From: Macrostomum lignano
Taxonomy: Eukaryota
Assembly (NCBI GenBank): GCA_002269645.1
Contig: NIVC01000172.1
Span: 458,558 to 522,557, forward strand
DNA length: 64,000 nucleotides
Direction of reading: 5' to 3'
Notes under the pieces: model-generated
What the model was told of the DNA's origin: nothing
Databases searched by the model: none
The model's input: the letters and a program-made list of their open reading frames with translations, nothing else
Position numbers and translations under genes: made by a program
Part shown: positions 57,488 to 64,000 of the stretch, piece by piece
Numbering within the stretch: the first letter of the stretch is position 1
Layout of the letters: each line of letters starts with the position of its first letter

Positions 57488-57929
57488 GCAAAAACGCATG
57501 AAATTCTTTCACTTTCTTTACTCTTAGTAGTTCTTCTTTTGTTTCTATCTGGACCATAGACACTAGTTAATGAAGACAAAGTCTTTTCGCCCCAGTGAGC
57601 TTTGGGGTTGGAATTTTATAATACCTAGTGTTGTATCGATTATTTAGAGACTTCCAAAGCATTATTAACGCTGATTAATGTATGGTAAACTTACTGATAA
57701 AAGAAAAAATATCTTGCAAGCTAGATACAAATAACAATTTGCAACAAGCACTACAGTCGATGTGTATTTTGAAAGTATATATTATCAAAGAAACTAAAAA
57801 ACTTACACCGGTAAACTCGTTCTCTACATTTGGTTGAAAGTAGCAAGACTGAGAGGTGGAAAGCGAGAGCCAACAAATAAAACCGTAGATAGGCGACGAA
57901 GGCAGCTTTACATGTACATGTACAGACTG

Positions 57930-59355
57930 ATAGGCATTAAACAATGGAGCAGCAGATACATGTAGGCCAGTAAGATCGGCAGCTGAGGACAGTAGATTGG
58001 CAGATATATATAGGCAACGCAGACAGCTAGGCATTAAACAATAGAGCAGCAGATACATGTAGGCCAGTAAGATCGGCAGCTGAGGACAGTAGATTGGCAG
58101 ATAGATATAGGCAACGCTGACAGCTAGGCATTAAACAATAGAGCAGCAGATACATGTAGGCCAGTAAGATCGGCAGCTGAGGACAGTAGATTGGCAGATA
58201 GATATAGGCAACGCTGACAGCTAGGCATTAAACAATAGAGCAGCAGATACATGTAGGCCAGTAAGATCGGCAGCTGAGGACAGTAGATTGGCAGATAGAT
58301 ATAGGCAACGCTGACAGCTAGGCATTAAACAATAGAGCAGCAGATACATGTAGGCCAGTAAGTTCGGCAGCTGAGGACAGTAGATTGGCAGATAGATATA
58401 GGCAACGCTGACAGCTAGGCATTAAACAATAGAGCAGCAGATACATGTAGGCCAGTAAGATCGGCAGCTGAGGACAGTAGATTGGCAGATAGATATAGGC
58501 AACGCAGACAGCTAGGCATTAAACAATAGAGCAGCAGATACATGTAGGCCAGTAAGATCGGCAGCTGAGGACAGTAGATTGGCAGATAGATATAGGCAAC
58601 GCTGACAGCTAGGCATTAAACAATAGAGCAGCAGATACATGTAGGCCAGTAAGATCGGCAGCTGAGGACAGTAGATTGGCAGATAGATATAGGCAACGCT
58701 GACAGCTAGGCATTAAACAATAGAGCAGCAGATACATGTAGGCCAGTAAGATCGGCAGCTGAGGACAGTAGATTGGCAGATAGATATAGGCAACGCTGAC
58801 AGCTAGGCATTAAACAATAGAGCAGCAGATACATGTAGGCCAGTAAGATCGGCAGCTGAGGACAGTAGATTGGCAGATAGATATAGGCAACGCAGACAGC
58901 TAGGCATTAAACAATAGAGCAGCAGATACATGTAGGCCAGTAAGATCGGCAGCTGAGGACAGTAGATTGGCAAATAGATATAGGCAACGCAGACAGCTAG
59001 GCATTAAACAATAGAGCAGCAGATACATGTAGGCCAGTAAGATCGGCAGCTGAGGACAGTAGATTGGCAGATAGATATAGGCAACGCTGACAGCTAGGCA
59101 TTAAACAATAGAGCAGCAGATACATGTAGGCCAGTAAGATCGGCAGCTGAGGACAGTAGATTGGCAAATAGATATAGGCAACGCAGACAGCTAGGCATTA
59201 AAACATGGAGCAGCAGATACATGTAGGCCAGTAAGATCGGCAGCTGAGGATAGTAGATTGGCAGATAGATATAGGCAACGCTGACAGCTAGGCATTAAAC
59301 AATAGAGCAGCAGATACATGTAGGCCAGTAAGATCGGCAGCTGAGGACAGTAGAA
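57930..59355. repeat. 97-bp tandem array in the Helitron 3' region
   Basis: Period of 97 measured from GCAGCAGATA at 57949 and 58046; about 14-15 near-identical copies. Confidence 0.96.
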
Positions 59356-59428
59356 AGATCGGCACAAGCCAGTAGATTGGCAGGTAGTAGATATAGGCAA
59401 CGAAGGCAGCTATACAGGCAGCAATACT

Positions 59429-62400
59429 TTACAGTTGGGGCTGAAATCTAAGAAGTCGCTTTTGCTCCAACACTTTAGGTTTTACCGACTCTTGACCACA
59501 TAACTTTAAGAACCGATCATAGTCGCATGCATTTATACGAACGTCAGCTAGCTGTCTTACACGGCTTAAGGCAGTATATAGCAATCCGGAAGCTTCTTTC
59601 TTAGAACCAGAAGGAGCTAAGTCTACGAACACTTTATTCAAAGTGAGCCCTTGAGACTTGTGCACAGTGATAGCCCAAGCTAGCTTTAGGGGCAGTTGCT
59701 TTATGCTAGATATTGAATCAGCATCAAAAACGGATAAAGAGTAATAGGTAGAATTGGAACCAGATGCAATGTTTGATTTCGACCATCTTGTTGTAAACAT
59801 GAATTAGCAACTTGCAGAGATGGACCGCTGTATCTGTCGAACTCAACCCAAACAACAGATGGTAAACTGGGTGGTTTTGACCCAGGCGTAAAGCAAATTC
59901 CTCGAACAGTACCTGTTGATCCATTTACTAATCCATGCTTCACTGAGAGGTTTCTTGTTAGCATTACTCGACAGCCAATAGCCAAAAGTAATTCTTCGCT
60001 AAGTCCGGAGTAACAATCGGAACGTTTTTCCTTAGGGCAATAGCCCGTGAATAAAGCGTTAATGATGCATACGGGCTGACTCGAATTAGTGCACAACTCT
60101 GCTAATCTGTGATAATTTTCTTCAAGGGCCTGCTTGTTTGTATAATACAGGTGAGTACACCCTTCGATAAACTCTGGAGGCATCAAATCAGACGCAGCAA
60201 CGCGACACTCTTTACTCATAAGGATATTGTAAGTGTCTTTACTTGCATTTCCTTCACGAATATCTTGCAGCAACCCGGCAAAACGTTGATCTTCTGCCTG
60301 ACGAACTAATTGATCGAGATGAATAACAGTACGGAACTCCAAGTATAACATTCTTCCCAACTTTTTCGATTCACTTGCTTTAGGCCCAGAATTTGTTGCT
60401 TTCCTGTTGACGACAACAGATGAATACAAAGCAGAGTCTAAAACTGGTGGTAGTTGAAAAACATCACCCACAAGGATAACGGAACGCCCCCCGAAAGTAC
60501 ACTCCTTGTAACGTGGAAAAGCCATCCTTAATCGAGAATCTACAATTGCGAGCAACTGTTGACCGATCATACTGAATTCATCCATAATTAAGTAGTCGAT
60601 CAGAGCAAAGTCGTTTTGAAGGTTAGCTAAAGCGCGTCCAGAAATAGGGGAAACGTCATGACTCAAATTTCCTTTCCTTCCTGTCGTTATTCGCAGAGCT
60701 GAGTGAAGGGTTTGGCCTCCAATATTGTAAGCGGCAACACCAGTTGGAGCGAAAAGTCGGCATCTATTGCCTAAAAGCTGCTTCAATGCACTGATGATGA
60801 AACTTTTTCCACTACCAGCACTGCCATAAATAATGAGACGCAGTGGTTGCACTTTGGAAGATGCTTTTTCGAAGGAAGTTTGCCGTTCCTTATCTAGACG
60901 GTGCATATGATCAGCCACCAAATCATACACCTGTCGTTGCTTGTCGTTCAGAAGATTTAGGCTTACGACAGCTTCATCCTCATGCACCGATGTTTTTGAC
61001 TTCAGTTTTTCTAGTAACTCGCTAACCTCCACTAAGCAAGGAAATTGAGCATTCGACGCACTCCAATCATAATTTTTTGGAACTGGCGGAAATCTGTTTA
61101 ACATTCGGCTTCTTGGATCTTGCATGGCTTCATCATGCCGAGAGGCTAGCATCTGCATCCACTCTTCTTGTCTTTTATCGGGCCGTGAAGGCGCAGCAAC
61201 AGAAGCAGCGTTCTCTGCTGCCAAATCTGGTGCACTATCTGCCTGTTCCTGTTGCATAGCATCAGCTTCGTCTCTCTGAAGCTGTGCCAAATTTTTAACA
61301 GCGAGTGGGCAAAATTTATCTGATTCAGTCTGTCGCTGGCTGTATGCTTCGCGCCACGTGGAAGCAATGCCTTTTGCATCCTTCTCTGTGCGCCACGCAG
61401 AATACAGGAGTGTTTGTTGTCGAAAGTATTCTTCCTGCCTTTCATACTCGATAGCATTGGCTCGAAGAATCGGATTGATAATCAGAATGGCTTCTCTTCC
61501 ATTTGGTCTCATCACGACTTGATTGCGGACAAACTTCAACTTACTGAAGAATTCAAACATAGTCATTTTATTGAACATCACAGAACGATTTCTATACTTG
61601 TCCAGGCTATTACTGCACGTACCTCGCTTTGAAATCATCCTACTGTATCCTGTTTGAACAAAAACGAAGTCCCTGGTTGCACGATACATTGGAGTCTGAA
61701 GCAAAAGGTGACAGACTTCTTGAGCACTATAATCACGGCTACCAACCTGACTCATTAATTGTTGTTGAACAATTCGCTGCGCTCGGTCTGTGCGACTATG
61801 TCTATCAACTGCATGTTTCCCTTCTTGTTGTTCTTTTTCTGCCTCTAATGTAGCGTTGTTACTTAACTTTTCAAGATGCCGTGATTGAATTTCACCTTTG
61901 CTTGTATACTTTATTAAGTATCGGACAAGACACTTTGGTGAAACAACAACCTGAACGTCTACATTGGCACGCCAGGTGCACAAAACTTGGGGATTATATA
62001 CACCCATTCGATCGTCATTTCGTTGTGTTTCAACGTCCCAATGCAGTCGTGAGACTCGTTTTACTGTAGATACTTTCTGTATTTGCCTTGGATACTTAAA
62101 TCGACATTGAGCTTTGCCGTGTAGAGTACGGGAACACCTTTCGCTACACCGACTGTGGCGTTGACTTAGGTGAGCAATCGCTTGTAAATCAGCTTTATTG
62201 TTTTCTATTTCTGATGGAAGCAAACGAGAAGGATGCTTTTCAATTGGAATTGTTTGATTAAGTACTTTATTTCCGCTCGCAGATCCATCCATTGCTGGGT
62301 TAATGCTTGTTGTGTACTTATCAACGAAGGCGCGCATCTGTTCCTCAGTAACATGTTCGGATCTGACATCGAAACCGTCTGGCAACCATACGAGACCATG

Positions 62401-63998
62401 AATATGTGGACTGCCTCTGCTCTGGTATTCGACTCTAAACCAGAAATCTGTAACCTTCCAATGTTCAATAAAAAAGCGGCGAGTAAAAATTTCAAAGCGA
62501 TTCCAGAAAACTGTGTCGGCTAATCCTGGATCTTTTAATAGTTTCTGAAGCAGGTTCGGAGAAACTTCAGATTGCTCGGCTTGCCAAAATGCGCGTAATT
62601 CCGGCCAGTGCACATCCGCTGCTGACAGAGTGACGAATAAATGAGGTAAACCAATAGTCTGTATCATCGCCTCTAAACGACGCCTCTGCAGCTCCCAATA
62701 AGATTTTGTTCCCCGCAATTGCATTCCTCGAGCACTTACACTGGCAAGAACCTCTGGATCCTTGAGGCGCTCTTTCATTTGCTCTGCATTTAAATTAGCG
62801 CAACCCTTCTGACTGACATAAACGCGGCCTAGCTCTAAAGCTCGCCATCGCATGATCATGTTTTCTAAAAAAATCGAAACCGCGGATCACATCGAAATCG
62901 TGAGCAGTGGTACCGCATTAAGTGTAATCCATATTCTCCTAAGCTGATATGCCTTAGCCTTGGGGTGCGATAGTCTCCACTTCCATCAGGAAATAGGTGA
63001 GGAAATGCAAGGGAAAATAAGCCCTCCTGCCGAAATTCATTTACAGGATGTCTGCTTGACTTGGGCCATTGCAGCTTTTCTTCCAAAAGCTTCTTGCGAA
63101 CTTCGTCCTCCAGCTCTCGCAGTGGGGCTTCCATAAGTACAGCACTGAAGCTCTCTGTATTTTTGGATTCTGCATTTTCGTCACCAATTTTCTGACGATC
63201 ATTTTTTTCAGTAGAGGCTGGATCTGTACCTGGAATTTCAGATTCATACAAAGCAGGCAGATCGGGCATTATGCCATTTTCCGGCAAGTCTTGAATAGCT
63301 TGCTCATCAAGCATAACGGCATATTCCTTAAAATACTTATTATTTTGCATTAAATATTTAATCGCACCGAGCACATTTTTACGGCGAACTCTAAGTTTAT
63401 TTGTAAATGCATTCAGATTTTTCTTTACACTTGCATCTTCCAGCTCCATCTGCTGCTGCTCTTCACGCGATTCAAATAAAAGGACTACTGGGAGCTTTCT
63501 TCTTGGTAACATTTTAACAACATCAGACTGATCTTGTGGAAACATTATACCATGACCACAAGAGCTCAACTGTCCTTGAGGAAACAGTCGAAATATTGTC
63601 AGTACGCTGAGTACAGGTGAAATCAACATCTGCTCTGCAACAGTTAAGTCCCGCAGCACTTCAGGTTGTTCGCATGGATTAACATTGTTTGTATCGCTAA
63701 ACTTTTTCGGTTGAAATTTTTCGGTTCTATCAGACACGCAACGCTGACAATTTAAATCCGATTCATTTCGAAAATAAACGCCTGGGAAACGCTCTTTACA
63801 AACGGTACACATATTCAAGTTTGAAACAAATTGTAAGCTCTCCTTGAAAAATGCATTTCTCATTTTCAAAAACGAATCATTAAATGGCTGCTGTAGGCAC
63901 TTAGGAACAGCAAGTTCGTCAAAAAGGCAATCATTCTGAACTCCTTCACAGTCCAACTTTGAAAACGGAGGAGGTATTTCTTGAAATTGTGAAGGCAA
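59429..63998 (-). CDS. Helitron Rep/PIF1-helicase (RepHel), split by two 1-nt frameshifts; N-terminus lies beyond the window
   Basis: Pieces 63998-62865, 62859-59701 and about 59730-59429. Rep motifs PHLFVTLS, EYQSRGSPHIHGLVW (HUH) and YLIKYTSK. PIF1 motifs GSAGSGKS, DEFSM, GDVFQLPPV, GLVNGSTG, AITVHKSQG and YTALSR. N-terminal CxxC...CxxC. Confidence 0.93.
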
Positions 63999-64000
63999 AT

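Larger units (their letters stand above)
57563..64000 (-). mobile_element. Helitron; 3' end tentative, 5' end outside the window
   Basis: RepHel ORF as above. Candidate 3' terminus CTAG|T at 57563-57566 with a weak hairpin (CCCCAG...TTGGGG, 57590-57607) spaced further away than usual. Confidence 0.7.

Noticed and set aside
62860-62875. Programmed ribosomal frameshift between the two large Helitron ORFs
   Set aside because: There is no canonical slippery heptamer in the right frame, RepHel is normally one ORF, and a second identical lesion favours homopolymer indels.

Overview
This is eukaryotic (metazoan) genomic DNA with GC-rich exons and AT-rich or minisatellite-filled introns. The architecture resembles a free-living flatworm of the Macrostomum type, but that is inference and the taxon is unconfirmed. 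Seven host genes lie on the + strand: the 3' end of a GH1 beta-glucosidase (229-2103), SNAP-25 (9776-18969), TMEM229B-like (20426-20890), CCT2 (22216-24628), ACSS2-type acetyl-CoA synthetase (26194-38293), HADHA (42980-47556) and an intronless orphan class-A-like GPCR (55683-56747). I rebuilt the exon chains by hand and each spliced model sums to a whole number of codons. Mobile DNA includes an intact young Ty3/Gypsy (Mag-like) LTR element in the last ACSS2 intron, a CMC/EnSpm-like non-autonomous element in a 16-bp satellite, a 48-bp all-TIR micro-MITE, and a Helitron (- strand, cut by the window end) carrying a 97-bp tandem array. About 25 tandem arrays explain most of the long ORFs in the track. 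The top leads are: (1) a duplicated, apparently mutually exclusive 49-nt SNAP-25 exon that is not the exon duplicated in vertebrates, with an inverted repeat between the copies; (2) an in-frame membrane-anchor-like tail behind the GH1 stop codon; (3) a TIR element that appears to have inserted at the centre of a palindromic satellite. No rRNA, tRNA or CRISPR array was seen.
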